Shown here: positions 10,047 through 20,156 of the stretch, in pieces
Numbering within the stretch: position 1 is the stretch's first letter
Layout of the letters: the number at the start of each line of letters is the position of its first letter
Made by a program: the position numbers and the translations under genes
Notes under the pieces: generated by a model
Seen by the model: the letters and a program-made list of their open reading frames with translations, nothing else
Databases searched by the model: none
Told to the model about the DNA's origin: nothing
Assembly (NCBI GenBank): GCA_963819655.1
Contig: CAWFXA010000003.1
Coordinates: 736,001 to 800,000, forward strand
Direction of reading: 5' to 3'
Length of the DNA stretch: 64,000 nt
From: an uncultured Chloroflexia bacterium
GTDB taxonomy: Bacteria > Chloroflexota > Limnocylindria > Limnocylindrales > CSP1-4

Positions 10047-10598
10047 ATGGACACTGAGAGGCAGTCCGCAGGCACCGATCCCCGAGTCGAGGTCGAGGTC
10101 GCCGAGCGGTCGTTCACGCTCACTCGTTGGTTCGATGCGCCTCGCGAGCGTGTGTGGCGTGCCTGGACCGACCCGCGCGAGCTCGCCGTCTGGTGGGGTC
10201 CCCATGGCTACACGAACCCCGTCGTCGACACCGACTTCCGCCCGGGCGGCGGGTTGCGGATCTTGATGCGCTCGCCGGAAGGCGTCGATTTCCCGATGGT
10301 CGGCGAATTCATCGCGATCGAACCCCCATCCCGCCTGGTCTTCACGGACGACATCGGCGACAACGCGCCTGACGAGTGGCGCGCACGCCTCGATCGCAAC
10401 CGCCCGTCACAGCCGGCGGGCAGCCCGCTGCGGATGGTCGTGGAGGTCATCTTCGAAGAGCGCGACGGCGGGACACTGCTCACGGTCACCGACACGTTCT
10501 CATCGGACGAGGACCGCGACGCGATCATGCGCGACGGCGCCGTCAGTGGCTGGTCCGAGAGCATGGAGCGGCTGGAAGCCCTCGTCACCGCGGCCTGA
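10047..10598 (+). CDS. SRPBCC/AHSA1-like domain protein
   Basis: TRWFDAPRERVWRAWTDP...WWGP...DFRPGG...GWSESMERL. Confidence 0.9.
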   Translation: MDTERQSAGTDPRVEVEVAERSFTLTRWFDAPRERVWRAWTDPRELAVWWGPHGYTNPVVDTDFRPGGGLRILMRSPEGVDFPMVGEFIAIEPPSRLVFTDDIGDNAPDEWRARLDRNRPSQPAGSPLRMVVEVIFEERDGGTLLTVTDTFSSDEDRDAIMRDGAVSGWSESMERLEALVTAA

Positions 10599-10644
10599 CC
10601 CCGGTCCCCGAACGACGTCGCATCCGCATCCTCCAGTACATGAC

Positions 10645-10674
10645 TTGACAGGCATATAACTGAATAGGCATACT
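10645..10674 (+). promoter_or_regulatory. Sigma-70 promoter of the ArsR-MFS-oxidase operon (likely leaderless), overlapping a probable operator
   Basis: TTGACA (10645-50), 18 nt, CATACT (10669-74), 7 nt, GTG start; AT-rich spacer with a GGCATA direct repeat. Confidence 0.75.
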
Positions 10675-10681
10675 ACGAGAA

Positions 10682-11011
10682 GTGATCGCCACATTCGAGC
10701 TCCTCGCCGAGCCCACTCGCCGTCGCATCCTCGACCTGTTGCGCGACGGTGAGCGGCCCGTGGGCGAGCTCGTCGATCGGCTATCGATGAGCCAGCCTGC
10801 CGTTTCGAAGCACCTGCGGGTGCTTCGCGACTCGGGCCTCGTCGACGTCCGGGTCGATGCCCAGCGGCGTGTCTACCGGCTTCGGCCTGAGGCCCTGCAG
10901 GAGGTCGACGACTGGATCGAGCCGTACCGGCGCCTGTGGGATCAACGACTCGACCGCATGGAGCGGCACCTTCAGCGCATGAAGGACAGGGAAGGAACGG
11001 AGATCGACTGA
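10682..11011 (+). CDS. ArsR/SmtB family transcriptional regulator
   Basis: FELLAEPTRRRILDLL...SQPAVSKHLRVLRDSGLV. Confidence 0.93.
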   Translation: MIATFELLAEPTRRRILDLLRDGERPVGELVDRLSMSQPAVSKHLRVLRDSGLVDVRVDAQRRVYRLRPEALQEVDDWIEPYRRLWDQRLDRMERHLQRMKDREGTEID

Positions 11012-11012
11012 C

Positions 11013-12638
11013 GTGACTATTGCGCTCGACCCAGCAACCCAGGCCCCGCCGCGGGCCGGCCGCCGCGAATGGATCGGTCTGTCCGTCCTCGCGCTCGCGT
11101 GCCTCCTCTATGTCATGGACCTGACGGTCCTCCACCTGGCCGTCCCCGCGATCAGCGCGGACCTCCAACCGTCGAGCGCGCAGCTGCTCTGGATCATCGA
11201 CATCTACGGCTTCATGGTGGCGGGCTTCCTCATCACGATGGGAACCCTCGGCGACCGTATCGGGCGCCGCAAGCTGCTGTTGATCGGCGCCGCCGCGTTC
11301 GGTGCGGTGTCGATCCTCGCGGCGTTCTCGACGAGCGCGGAGATGCTCATCGGAAGTCGTGCCCTGCTCGGGATCGCAGGCGCGACGCTCGCCCCATCGA
11401 CCCTGTCGCTGATCTTCGCGATGTTCCAGGACCCGGGCCAGCGCACGCGCGCGGTCGCGGTGTGGATCTCCGCCTTCTCCGCCGGCGGCGCGATCGGGCC
11501 CGTCCTCGGCGGGATCATGCTGGAGCACTTCTGGTGGGGCTCCGTCTTCCTCCTGGCCTTGCCGGTGATGGCCCTGCTGCTCATCCTCGGCCCGATCGTC
11601 CTGCCGGAGTACAAGGACCCGGATGCGGGGAGGCTCGATCTGCGGAGTGCGGCCATGTCACTCATTGCGATCCTGTCGGTCATCTTCGGCCTGAAGCAGA
11701 TCGCCCAGGATGGGGTCGAACCCGTGGCGGTCGCCACGATCATCCTCGGACTCGTGATCGGAGCGCTGTTCGTGCGGCGCCAGGTCACCCTTGCCGACCC
11801 GATGATCGACCTTCGGCTCTTCCGGATCCCGGCGTTCAGCGCCTCGCTCGCCGTGAACGTGCTGGCGATCTTCGTCGCCGTCGGCTACTTCCTCTTCGTC
11901 GCGCAGTACCTGCAGCTCGTCATCGGCCTCTCGCCGCTCGCGGCCGGACTCTGGTCCGTGCCGTCGGCGATCGGGTTCATCGTCGGCTCGAACCTCGCGC
12001 CGCGGATCGTCCGAACCGTCCGGCCGGCTTACCTGATGGCGGCCAGCCTGGCGATCGCGGCGGCGGGCCTCGGAGTGCTCACCCAGGTCGGCGGTTCCGA
12101 CGGGCTCGCCATCGTCGTCCTCGCGTCGATCGTCATCTCGCTCGGCCTCGCTCCCGTCTTCGGGCTGACGACCGAGCTCATCGTCGGCTCCGCTCCGCCG
12201 GAGCGGGCAGGTGCCGCCTCGGGCATCTCCGAGACGGGCGCCGAGCTGGGCGGCGCACTCGGGATCTCGATCCTGGGCAGCATCGGCATCGCGATCTATC
12301 GCGGCGACGTCGTCCGGGCCCTGCCGAGCGACATCCCGGCCGCCGCAGCCGTGGCGGCGCGTGACACGCTCGGGGCGGCCCTCGGGGTCGCGGCCGAGCT
12401 CCCGTCGGCCATCGGCGCGACGTTGGTGACCGTGGCCCGCGACGCATTCGTCCAGGGCATGCAGGTCGCGGCCGCGATCAGCGCCGTGGTCGCCGTGGGG
12501 GTCGCCATCCTGACTCTTGTCGCCCTTCGCGACGTCGACATGCACCCGGATGCCGAGGAGGCCGACGGCGCATCGCAGGCTGCCGACCGCGACGACCGTC
12601 GCCCACATCGAACCAGTACACCAGTCGCCGAAGCATGA
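11013..12638 (+). CDS. MFS drug:H+ antiporter, DHA2 (SmvA/QacA-like)
   Basis: MDLTVL, WIIDIY, GTLGDRIGRRK motif A, 14-TM pattern. Confidence 0.92.
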   Translation: MTIALDPATQAPPRAGRREWIGLSVLALACLLYVMDLTVLHLAVPAISADLQPSSAQLLWIIDIYGFMVAGFLITMGTLGDRIGRRKLLLIGAAAFGAVSILAAFSTSAEMLIGSRALLGIAGATLAPSTLSLIFAMFQDPGQRTRAVAVWISAFSAGGAIGPVLGGIMLEHFWWGSVFLLALPVMALLLILGPIVLPEYKDPDAGRLDLRSAAMSLIAILSVIFGLKQIAQDGVEPVAVATIILGLVIGALFVRRQVTLADPMIDLRLFRIPAFSASLAVNVLAIFVAVGYFLFVAQYLQLVIGLSPLAAGLWSVPSAIGFIVGSNLAPRIVRTVRPAYLMAASLAIAAAGLGVLTQVGGSDGLAIVVLASIVISLGLAPVFGLTTELIVGSAPPERAGAASGISETGAELGGALGISILGSIGIAIYRGDVVRALPSDIPAAAAVAARDTLGAALGVAAELPSAIGATLVTVARDAFVQGMQVAAAISAVVAVGVAILTLVALRDVDMHPDAEEADGASQAADRDDRRPHRTSTPVAEA

Positions 12639-14056
12639 CCAAGGAGGAGACGACCTTGTCCCTATCGACCTCTCACGCCCGACTCTCGATCGACGAGCTT
12701 CGCGCCGCGGTCCGGGGTCGCGTCATCACCGCCGACGACTCCGACTACGACGGTGTCCGGGGGATCATGTACGCGGGTCACGACACACGACCTGCGGCGA
12801 TCGTCCGAGTCGTCGATGCGGCCGACGTCTCGTCAGTCGTCACGATCGCGCGCGATAGCGGCCTCGAGCTGGCGGTCCGGAGCGGTGGTCACAGCGCCGC
12901 CGGCCACAGTTCGTGTGACGGCGGTGTCGTCATCGATGTCCGCGACCTCGATGATCTCGACATCGATGTCTCCGGTCGGACGGCATGGGCCGGCAGCGGC
13001 CTGACCGCCGGCGCCTACACGACCGCGGCGGCGGAACACGGCCTGGCCACAGGGTTCGGCGACACTGGCTCGGTCGGGCTCGGCGGGCTCACCCTCGGTG
13101 GTGGGGTGGGCTATCTCGTGCGGAAGAACGGACTCACGATCGACAACCTGCTCGCCGCCGAGATCGTCACCGCCGACGGCGAGGTCCGCATCGTCGACGC
13201 CGAGAATGAGCCGGACCTGTTCTGGGCCATCCGGGGCGGCGGCGGCAACTTCGGCGTCGCCACGAGGTTCCGGTACCGACTCAGCGAGCTCGACGGCGTG
13301 GTCGGTGGGATCCTGGTGGTGCCGGCGACCCCCGAGACCGTCGCCGGGTTCATCGCCGCGGCCGAGGCCGCGCCGGACGAGCTCTCGACGATCGCCAACG
13401 TGATGCCCTGCCCGCCGATGCCGTTCGTGGCCGAGGAGTATCACGGCTCGCTCGTGATCCTCGGGATGCTGGCGTTTGCCGGCGATGCCGAGAGGGGCGA
13501 GCGCACCCTGGCCCCGTTCCGCGCGCTCGGGGAGCCGCTCGCGGACATGCTGCGACCGATCCCCTACCCCGAGATGTTCCCGCCCGACGACCCGGACTAC
13601 CACCCGACGGCCGTGTCCCGGACGATGTTCATCGACCACGTCGACATGCCGGTCGCGCAGACGATCATGGAGTACCTGACCGCGTCAGATGCCTCGATGC
13701 GCGTGGCGCAGCTCCGCGTCCTCGGCGGTGCTTCCGCGCGGGTTCCCGTGGACGCCACGGCGTATGCCCATCGCGCGGCGCGGATCATGGTGAATGTCGC
13801 CGCGTTCTACGAGGGCGAGGAGGACAAGGCGCGTCGTGAGGCGTGGGTCGCCGAGTTCAGCGCGGCCATCCATCAGGGCGACGCCGGCGCCTACGTGAAC
13901 TTCGTCGGCGACGAGGGCGAGGCACGGATCCGGGCGGCGTATCCCGGGGCAACCTGGGATCGCCTGGCCGAGATCAAGCGCCGATACGACCCGGGCAACG
14001 TGTTCCACCGCAACCAGAACGTCCCGCCTGCCGCAGCCGGTGCGGCCACAACCTGA
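12635..14056 (+). CDS. FAD-binding oxidoreductase, berberine-bridge-enzyme-like
   Basis: RSGGHS, DLFWAIRGGGGNFG, YVNF...RLAEIKRRYDPGNVF. Confidence 0.93.
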   Translation: MTKEETTLSLSTSHARLSIDELRAAVRGRVITADDSDYDGVRGIMYAGHDTRPAAIVRVVDAADVSSVVTIARDSGLELAVRSGGHSAAGHSSCDGGVVIDVRDLDDLDIDVSGRTAWAGSGLTAGAYTTAAAEHGLATGFGDTGSVGLGGLTLGGGVGYLVRKNGLTIDNLLAAEIVTADGEVRIVDAENEPDLFWAIRGGGGNFGVATRFRYRLSELDGVVGGILVVPATPETVAGFIAAAEAAPDELSTIANVMPCPPMPFVAEEYHGSLVILGMLAFAGDAERGERTLAPFRALGEPLADMLRPIPYPEMFPPDDPDYHPTAVSRTMFIDHVDMPVAQTIMEYLTASDASMRVAQLRVLGGASARVPVDATAYAHRAARIMVNVAAFYEGEEDKARREAWVAEFSAAIHQGDAGAYVNFVGDEGEARIRAAYPGATWDRLAEIKRRYDPGNVFHRNQNVPPAAAGAATT

Positions 14057-14116
14057 TCACCCATCATGGCGCCGATGCCCCGCAAGCGATTTCGGGGCTA
14101 GGCGCCTCCAGACTCC

Positions 14117-14155
14117 AAAAACGACGGCCTGCTGGTCTCCCAGCGGGCCGTCGTT
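14117..14155 (-). terminator. Intrinsic terminator after the protease gene (possibly bidirectional)
   Basis: AACGACGGCCTGCTGG-tctc-CCAGCGGGCCGTCGTT hairpin with an A-run on the left, between convergent genes. Confidence 0.75.
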
Positions 14156-14186
14156 CTGTGCGACGTCGCGACGCGTTGCCTAGACG

Positions 14187-14999
14187 CTAGTCCAGGAACG
14201 AGTCGAGGAATGCGCGCGAGTACGCGGTGTCGGCGCGCTGGTAGCTGCCGAGCGCGTTGCATGTAAAGGAGTTGACGTACGACGCGTCGCCCAGGACGAA
14301 GTCGCCAAGGAACACGGCGCCACCCGAATCGCCGAAGCACGATCCGCCGCCGGCCTTCGAGTCGTTGCCATTGATCTGGAACGTGATGACCTCGCTGCCG
14401 ACGTTCTTCAGGTACGAGGTCGTCGAGCTCCGGAACTGGACGATGATCTGCGCTTTCTTGTCGCCGATGTCGATGCCGTAGCCGACGAGCGTGAAGGTCT
14501 CGTTCTTGAGCTGACCCTGGTTGCGATCGAGGAACCCGACCGGCGGCAGCTTGGCTGGGACGATGCCCGGCCATTTCGACGAAGCCGGCGCGTCGAGGAC
14601 CACGACGCCCTGATCATGCTGCTTGGAGAACTGCAGCTTGCCGTCCCACGCCGGGTCGGGGTGGGCGGTGCCGGTGATGTAATTCGCCGCGCGAGCGGCC
14701 CGCTCCTCCGGGGTGATGCCCGGCGCGAGCGGATCGAGCGCGAGATCGGTATTGAAGGACACAAAGACGTTGATCGCCGGCCCCTCGGTGCAGTGGCCGG
14801 CCGTCAGGACGACCGTGTCTGAGATCAGCGTGCCCGAGCAGCGGAACCGGCCGTCCGGAGTGGTGAACCGGACGAGGCCGACGTTGGTATGCACGTCATC
14901 TCGCTGGCCGCCGGTGATCGCCAGCGCCGGCACAGCGGCCAGGGCCAACGCCGCGATCGTGGCGCCGACGAGGGTAAGCCGCGTAATGCGTGAAGGCAT
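14187..14999 (-). CDS. Secreted trypsin-like (S1) serine protease
   Basis: Signal peptide, mature ITGG N-terminus, TAGHC / HDQGV / GDSGG catalytic triad; ATG 14999 after GGAGG. Confidence 0.9.
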   Translation of the reverse strand: MPSRITRLTLVGATIAALALAAVPALAITGGQRDDVHTNVGLVRFTTPDGRFRCSGTLISDTVVLTAGHCTEGPAINVFVSFNTDLALDPLAPGITPEERAARAANYITGTAHPDPAWDGKLQFSKQHDQGVVVLDAPASSKWPGIVPAKLPPVGFLDRNQGQLKNETFTLVGYGIDIGDKKAQIIVQFRSSTTSYLKNVGSEVITFQINGNDSKAGGGSCFGDSGGAVFLGDFVLGDASYVNSFTCNALGSYQRADTAYSRAFLDSFLD

Positions 15000-15230
15000 G
15001 CGCGTATCTCCTCCAAGGTGCCGATCGGCATGAGCGACTGGGCCCGTGGGGACCGATCGACAGGTCATTCGTGCGGGCTCCAAGCCCGCCGATGGACGTC
15101 CCGGCACCGTAGCACCGCCGGTCCGAAAGGGCGGAGGCCGCTGCCCAAGTTCCGTGGCGCCGATGCACCGGCGCTCGTTGTCGGAGGTGCACAAACCCCG
15201 TCCCGGACGAGATGTTTCGTACGAAGGTTG

Positions 15231-15307
15231 TGGAGGCGACGACCGGATTCGAACCGGTGAATAGGGGTTTTGCAGACCCCCGTGTTGAACCACTTCACCA
15301 CGTCGCC
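15231..15307 (-). tRNA. tRNA-Cys(GCA)
   Basis: GGCGACG stem, GGGGT-CT-GCA-AA-ACCCC, TTCGAAT, U73, CCA. Confidence 0.97.
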
Positions 15308-15340
15308 CCGACCGGGGTGCGCCGCGCGGTCGCGCGATGC

Positions 15341-15414
15341 TGGCTGCCCCTCGAGGATTCGAACCTCGGTTCACGGATCCAAAGTCCGCTGTCCTACCAC
15401 TAGACGAAGGGGCA
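15341..15414 (-). tRNA. tRNA-Gln(TTG)
   Basis: TGCCCCT stem, GCGGA-CT-TTG-GA-TCCGT, CCA. Confidence 0.97.
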
Positions 15415-15436
15415 GCGGGGCCTTCGGGGAGGATAC

Positions 15437-15512
15437 TGGAGCGGAAGACGGGACTCGAACCCGCGACCCTCACCTTGGCAAGGTGATGCTCTACCAACTG
15501 AGCCACTTCCGC
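15437..15512 (-). tRNA. tRNA-Gly(GCC)
   Basis: GCGGAAG stem, TCACC-TT-GCC-AA-GGTGA, CCA. Confidence 0.97.
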
Positions 15513-15537
15513 TCGATGTTCGCCCACCGTCGAAGGG

Positions 15538-15613
15538 TGGTGCCGAGGGCCAGGATCGAACTGGCGACACCGCGATTTTCAGTCGCGTGCTCTACCGACT
15601 GAGCTACCTCGGC
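15538..15613 (-). tRNA. tRNA-Phe(GAA)
   Basis: GCCGAGG stem, CGCGA-CT-GAA-AA-TCGCG, CCA. Confidence 0.97.
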
Positions 15614-15807
15614 TCGATGGTCAACCTCGCTGGCTGTCCGTCGGCGGAGCGCAGGATACCACGGGCCTTCCGGCGAGTGCCACGCGGACGGCCGCTCGCT
15701 TGAGCCGCCTGAGAGGTGTCCCTCGGCCTCCCTCGGGCCGAATTCCGATCCCGTGCGTCGCCCGCAACGATCGCCCGAAAAGGAGGCCGGCGAGCTATCG
15801 CGCGCCC

Positions 15808-16782
15808 CTACTCCAGCCCGGCGAGCTGCCCCTCTTCAGCCGATCCCAGCGGCGGATCCCCGGTGAGCTGCCGCAGCCGGTTGATCCGGTCGACGATCGC
15901 GGGGTGGGTCGACATCAGCCCCGACGACCGCTGCTCGAACTTCTTGATCGGGTTCGTGAAGTACAGGTGCTGCGTGCCGCGGTTGGCGACCTCGAGGACC
16001 TCGGGATCGGCCGAGATCTTCGCCAGCGCCCGTTCGAGCCCGTACGGGTTGCGCGTCAGTTCCACGGCCGAGGCGTCCGCGAGGTACTCGCGCTGGCGCG
16101 ACACCGCGAGCTGGATGAACCGACTGATGAGCGGCGCCAGGATCGCCAGCGCGATGGCCAGGATGAAGACGACCGCCTGGGCGCCTCCCCCACCGTCCCG
16201 ATCGCGCGATCGTCCCGCGCCGCCCCAGAACGTGAACCGCAGGAAGAAGTCGGCCAGGATCGCGATCGCCCCGACCATGACCGCGACGACCAACGCAAAC
16301 CGGATGTCGAGATTGCGCACGTGCGAGAGCTCGTGGCCGATGACGCCCTGGAGCTCCTCGCGGTCGAGCTTCTCGAGCAGCCCTGTCGTGACGGCGACCG
16401 ACGCGTGCTTCGGATCGCGCCCTGTGGCGAACGCGTTGGGCGCGGTGTCGTCGATGATGTAGACCTTCGGCATCGGCACGTTCGCGGCGATCGACATCTC
16501 GCGCACGACGTTCATGAGCTGCGGAGCCTGCGCCTCATCGACCTGACGGGCACCGCTGACGGCAAGAACCAGCGAATCGCCGGCGAAGTACGTGAATGCG
16601 CCGCTCAGTGCGCCGATGAGCACCGCGACGACCGTCGTGCCGATCCCGCCTTCGGGCGAGCCGAACACAGCGAAGCCGATCGTGAAGCCGAGCAGGGCGA
16701 GGAGGACGACGACGAGCGTCGCCATGAGGAACGAGTTCCGCCTGTTGGCGGCGATCTGGTCGTAGAAGGACGATCCGGCCAC
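15808..16782 (-). CDS. htpX: HtpX-like M48 zinc metalloprotease
   Basis: PNAFATG, HELSH, SRQREYLAD, STHP motifs; adjacent to lemA. Confidence 0.93.
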   Translation of the reverse strand: MAGSSFYDQIAANRRNSFLMATLVVVLLALLGFTIGFAVFGSPEGGIGTTVVAVLIGALSGAFTYFAGDSLVLAVSGARQVDEAQAPQLMNVVREMSIAANVPMPKVYIIDDTAPNAFATGRDPKHASVAVTTGLLEKLDREELQGVIGHELSHVRNLDIRFALVVAVMVGAIAILADFFLRFTFWGGAGRSRDRDGGGGAQAVVFILAIALAILAPLISRFIQLAVSRQREYLADASAVELTRNPYGLERALAKISADPEVLEVANRGTQHLYFTNPIKKFEQRSSGLMSTHPAIVDRINRLRQLTGDPPLGSAEEGQLAGLE

Positions 16783-16804
16783 GGTTCCTCCCGCGGTCCG
16801 GCGG

Positions 16805-17374
16805 TCAGCTCAGGCTGAGATCCACGTTCGGGACGTTCGCGGCCTCGGGCTCGGCGTCGAAGAACTCACGCTTCGTGAAGCCGAACGGACCAGCCAGCAG
16901 GGCGTTCGGGAACGTCGCGATCGCGGTGTTGTAGTCGAGCACAGTCGCGTTGTAGTGCTGGCGCGAGAACGAGATCTGGTTCTCGGTCGTCGTCAGCTGC
17001 TCCTGGAGCTCGAGGACGTTCTCATTGGCCTTCAGCTCGGGGTAGTTCTCCACAACGGCGAACAGCGAACGAAGGCTGCTCGTGAGCATGTTCTCGGCAG
17101 CGGCCTGCTGGGCCGGACCCTGGCTGCCAGCCGCCACGGCTGCCGCACGGGCATTCGTGACGTCGGTCAGGACCTTCTGCTCGAAGCCCATGTAGCCCTT
17201 GACGGCGTTGACGAGGTTCGGGATCAGATCGTGGCGCCGCTTGAGCTGGACCTCGATCTGGGCGAAGGCCTCATCGATCCGCAGCCGCTTCTGGACCAGG
17301 GAGTTATAGATCCCGATCGCGACGACGACCAGCAGGACGATGATGCCGATGATGATGATGGGCGCGAGATCCAT
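16805..17374 (-). CDS. lemA: LemA family protein
   Basis: YNSLV...QLKRRHDLIPNLV...ENYPELKA. Confidence 0.95.
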   Translation of the reverse strand: MDLAPIIIIGIIVLLVVVAIGIYNSLVQKRLRIDEAFAQIEVQLKRRHDLIPNLVNAVKGYMGFEQKVLTDVTNARAAAVAAGSQGPAQQAAAENMLTSSLRSLFAVVENYPELKANENVLELQEQLTTTENQISFSRQHYNATVLDYNTAIATFPNALLAGPFGFTKREFFDAEPEAANVPNVDLSLS

Positions 17375-17471
17375 GCCCCTCCTCCGGTCGGGCGCGCCAT
17401 GACGGCGGCCATCACGATGAGTCTACCAGTGCCGTCCGCTCCAGCGTCCTTCGCAAGAGGGGCCTTGCCCC

Positions 17472-18722
17472 GTGAGGCCGCTCCCGATAGCGACGCGTCA
17501 CCAGGCGGGGGCCCATCATGGTCCGGTGCAGGACGTGGAACTGCCGCGCGCGATCATCCTGCAGCCCAACGACGGCTGCCTGACCCTCGCTCGTGCACTG
17601 GTGCGTCGCGGCGTCGAGGTGCGCGTCCTTGCCAACCCCGAGTACAGCTATGTCGTCGCCAGCCGTGGCGTCGAAGGCGAGGTCATGCCCGACCCGCTCC
17701 AGGACCCATCGGCGTGGCTCGACGTCCTGACCGAGCTTGGCGAAGCGGGCGGCGGCGTGGTGTTCTCGGGCTCCGATTCCGCGACCGAATGGTTGACCGA
17801 GCACCGCGCGCGATTGCCGGCCTCCCTTCGAAGCTTCGAGTCGACCGACCGAGTCCACGTCGACCTGATGGACAAAGGGCGGCTGTACGAGATTGCCGCC
17901 TCGCTCGGTCTCCGGGTGCCGACCGCCCACCATGTCCGCGACGAAGCGGACTTGAGGGAATTGCTGCCGGGACTGCGCTACCCGCGCGTGCTGAAGGCGC
18001 GACTCGGTCACAAGGCCAAGATCCTGGCCGGGTTCGGCACCGTGCTGGTCACGACGCGACGGGATCTCATCCAGCGCGCCGCGGCGTTGTTCGAGCACGA
18101 CATCGATTTCCTCCTCACGGACGTCGTCCCGGGTCGCGAACATCGACTCGAGGCGGCGGTGACGGTCCGCCGGGACGACGGCTCGTACACGCTCGAATAC
18201 GGCCGCCGGAAGATCCGTCAATGGCCACTCGATTACGGGGTGGGTTCGCTGAATCAGGCCGCCCACGTGCCGGGCACGATGGCGATCAGCCGCAAGCTCC
18301 TCGGCCACGTCGGGTTCCATGGCATCGCCTCGTGCGAGACCAAGCGCAACGCGCGGGACGGGCAGCTGTACGTGATCGAGATCAACGTGCGGATCCCCGC
18401 CAACTTCGGGCTCGCCGATGCATGCGGCGTCGATGGCTCGTGGCGGTTGTACGCCACCCTCGCGGGCCTGCCGCTCGAACCGCAGCTCGAGCAGGTCGAC
18501 GGACGCAAGTGCATGATCCCGCTCCGCGAGGTGCGCGCCTCGTTCCAGCGGATCCGACGTCGCGAGGTCTCGGTCAAGGCAGTCCTGCGGAGCTGGCGTG
18601 GCACGCGCGACTTCGGTGTCCTCTCGATCCGCGACCCGATGCCGGCGGCAGCACTCATCACGCGCAGGCTTGGCAAACGGCTCGGGCACTCGGGACGGGC
18701 ACACCGCGGAGCCGGTGCCTAG
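17472..18722 (+). CDS. ATP-grasp carboxylate-amine ligase (D-aspartate-ligase-like)
   Basis: MDKGRLY, YPRVLKA, RKIRQWP..YGVGS, ETKRNARDGQLYVIEINVR, DPMP; true start may be slightly downstream. Confidence 0.8.
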   Translation: MRPLPIATRHQAGAHHGPVQDVELPRAIILQPNDGCLTLARALVRRGVEVRVLANPEYSYVVASRGVEGEVMPDPLQDPSAWLDVLTELGEAGGGVVFSGSDSATEWLTEHRARLPASLRSFESTDRVHVDLMDKGRLYEIAASLGLRVPTAHHVRDEADLRELLPGLRYPRVLKARLGHKAKILAGFGTVLVTTRRDLIQRAAALFEHDIDFLLTDVVPGREHRLEAAVTVRRDDGSYTLEYGRRKIRQWPLDYGVGSLNQAAHVPGTMAISRKLLGHVGFHGIASCETKRNARDGQLYVIEINVRIPANFGLADACGVDGSWRLYATLAGLPLEPQLEQVDGRKCMIPLREVRASFQRIRRREVSVKAVLRSWRGTRDFGVLSIRDPMPAAALITRRLGKRLGHSGRAHRGAGA

Positions 18723-18725
18723 GCT

Positions 18726-20156
18726 TCAGTCGCCCCCGATGTCGAACGACCCGACGCCTCGGACGAGATCTGACGGCTGGCGTCCGCCGGCTGCAACGAT
18801 CGAACGGATCGTCCAGGTGGCTGGGGAATCGCCGGCCTCACGAACGAGGTACAGCAATCCTCGGCCGTCCGGTGTCCACGCGACCGTGCCCCCGACCACG
18901 AGCTCGCCGGTCCCGGTGCCTGTGGACTGAACCGCGCCGGTCGAGTCAAAGAACATCGACTTACTCCAAGATGTCAGCTCCGTGAATTGAGCGGTCGCCA
19001 GGTCGTAGTCGTAGAGCATGGACGTGTCGACCGCGGGTTCCGAAGTGAAGTCGATCAGACCGCCGAGGACCGCCACCCGGTCGCCGTCGGGTGAGAACTC
19101 CGGCCAGAAGAGCTTGCCGTGCAGGTTGGGATCGCCAGCGGCCGGGTGCACGATCGTGGAGGTCACGCTCCCGCCTTCGAGATCGACGATCCCAAGGCAG
19201 ACCTCCGCCTCGCAGCCAACCCAGTCACCCGAGATGGCGAGGCTGCGCCCGACGGGTGACCAGTCCAGGGAATCGACACGAACGACATGGTTGTCGGTGA
19301 GCTCCTCGATCCGGCGGGCGCTCGACCCGTCGGTGGCCACGAGAAGCCGTCCGGGTTGCCCCGCGACGATGCCCCAAAGGGCGATCCACCGACCATTGGG
19401 CGACCACCGCACCCACAGGTCCGGACGGATCCAGACCTTGGGGTTCGCGCTCGCGGCTGACTGCCACTCAGGTGGCAGCGCGATCTCTCGGTCAGCGGAG
19501 GCATCCAGCCCGGCGAGGAGGAGCCCGATCCCGGACTCGACCCCCTGGATGGCATCCCTTGGCACATCGGCGGGGCATGTCCCGATTGCGACCTCGGAGC
19601 TGTCCGGCGACCACGACAGCGAGGGACCGCAGCCAGCGTCCAGGGCGACGCTCCGAACCAGGGCACCTTGCGCGGTCAGGAAGTCGACAGCCGGCGTCAG
19701 GAATGCGCCGCCGACGTCGCGGACGGCGGCGATGTGACGCATGTCGGGCGACCAGGCCGCCGAGATGTAGCCAAACTTGATGTCGTCGGCACCGCCCCGA
19801 GCGATCAGGGTCTGTCCACCCCCATCTTCTTCGGCGACGAAGAGGTCGCCAGCGCGCACGAAGACGATCCGCCCGGGGCCGGTAGGTGCCTGGACGAAGA
19901 TCGTCGGAGCGGAACCGATGGCGACTGCCAGCCCCGAAAGGGTGATGACGAGGGCCGCCAGCAGGAGAAGCCAAGCCACGCGCCGGTCGAGGCCGGTCGG
20001 CCATAGCGACCCGAGGACACCACCTCGGGTGGACGAGGTCATGGCCGCCCGGGCCGTCGCGATCGGGTCGATCGAGCGAACGGCGGGCTGGGTGTAGGAG
20101 CGAGCAAGCGCCGTCAGTCGTGTCTCGAATTCGCCCATCTGGTCGTGGTCAGTCAT
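18726..20156 (-). CDS. Membrane-anchored TolB/PD40-like beta-propeller protein (putative anti-sigma)
   Basis: FETRL N-terminus, one TM, repeated WSPD/WSPN/FSPD/WTPD blades; overlaps the sigma gene. Confidence 0.8.
   Translation of the reverse strand: MTDHDQMGEFETRLTALARSYTQPAVRSIDPIATARAAMTSSTRGGVLGSLWPTGLDRRVAWLLLLAALVITLSGLAVAIGSAPTIFVQAPTGPGRIVFVRAGDLFVAEEDGGGQTLIARGGADDIKFGYISAAWSPDMRHIAAVRDVGGAFLTPAVDFLTAQGALVRSVALDAGCGPSLSWSPDSSEVAIGTCPADVPRDAIQGVESGIGLLLAGLDASADREIALPPEWQSAASANPKVWIRPDLWVRWSPNGRWIALWGIVAGQPGRLLVATDGSSARRIEELTDNHVVRVDSLDWSPVGRSLAISGDWVGCEAEVCLGIVDLEGGSVTSTIVHPAAGDPNLHGKLFWPEFSPDGDRVAVLGGLIDFTSEPAVDTSMLYDYDLATAQFTELTSWSKSMFFDSTGAVQSTGTGTGELVVGGTVAWTPDGRGLLYLVREAGDSPATWTIRSIVAAGGRQPSDLVRGVGSFDIGGD

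Noticed and set aside
15000-15527. N-terminal extension of the protease ORF (446 aa in the track)
   Set aside because: It runs through three tRNA genes; the signal peptide and RBS define the start at 14999
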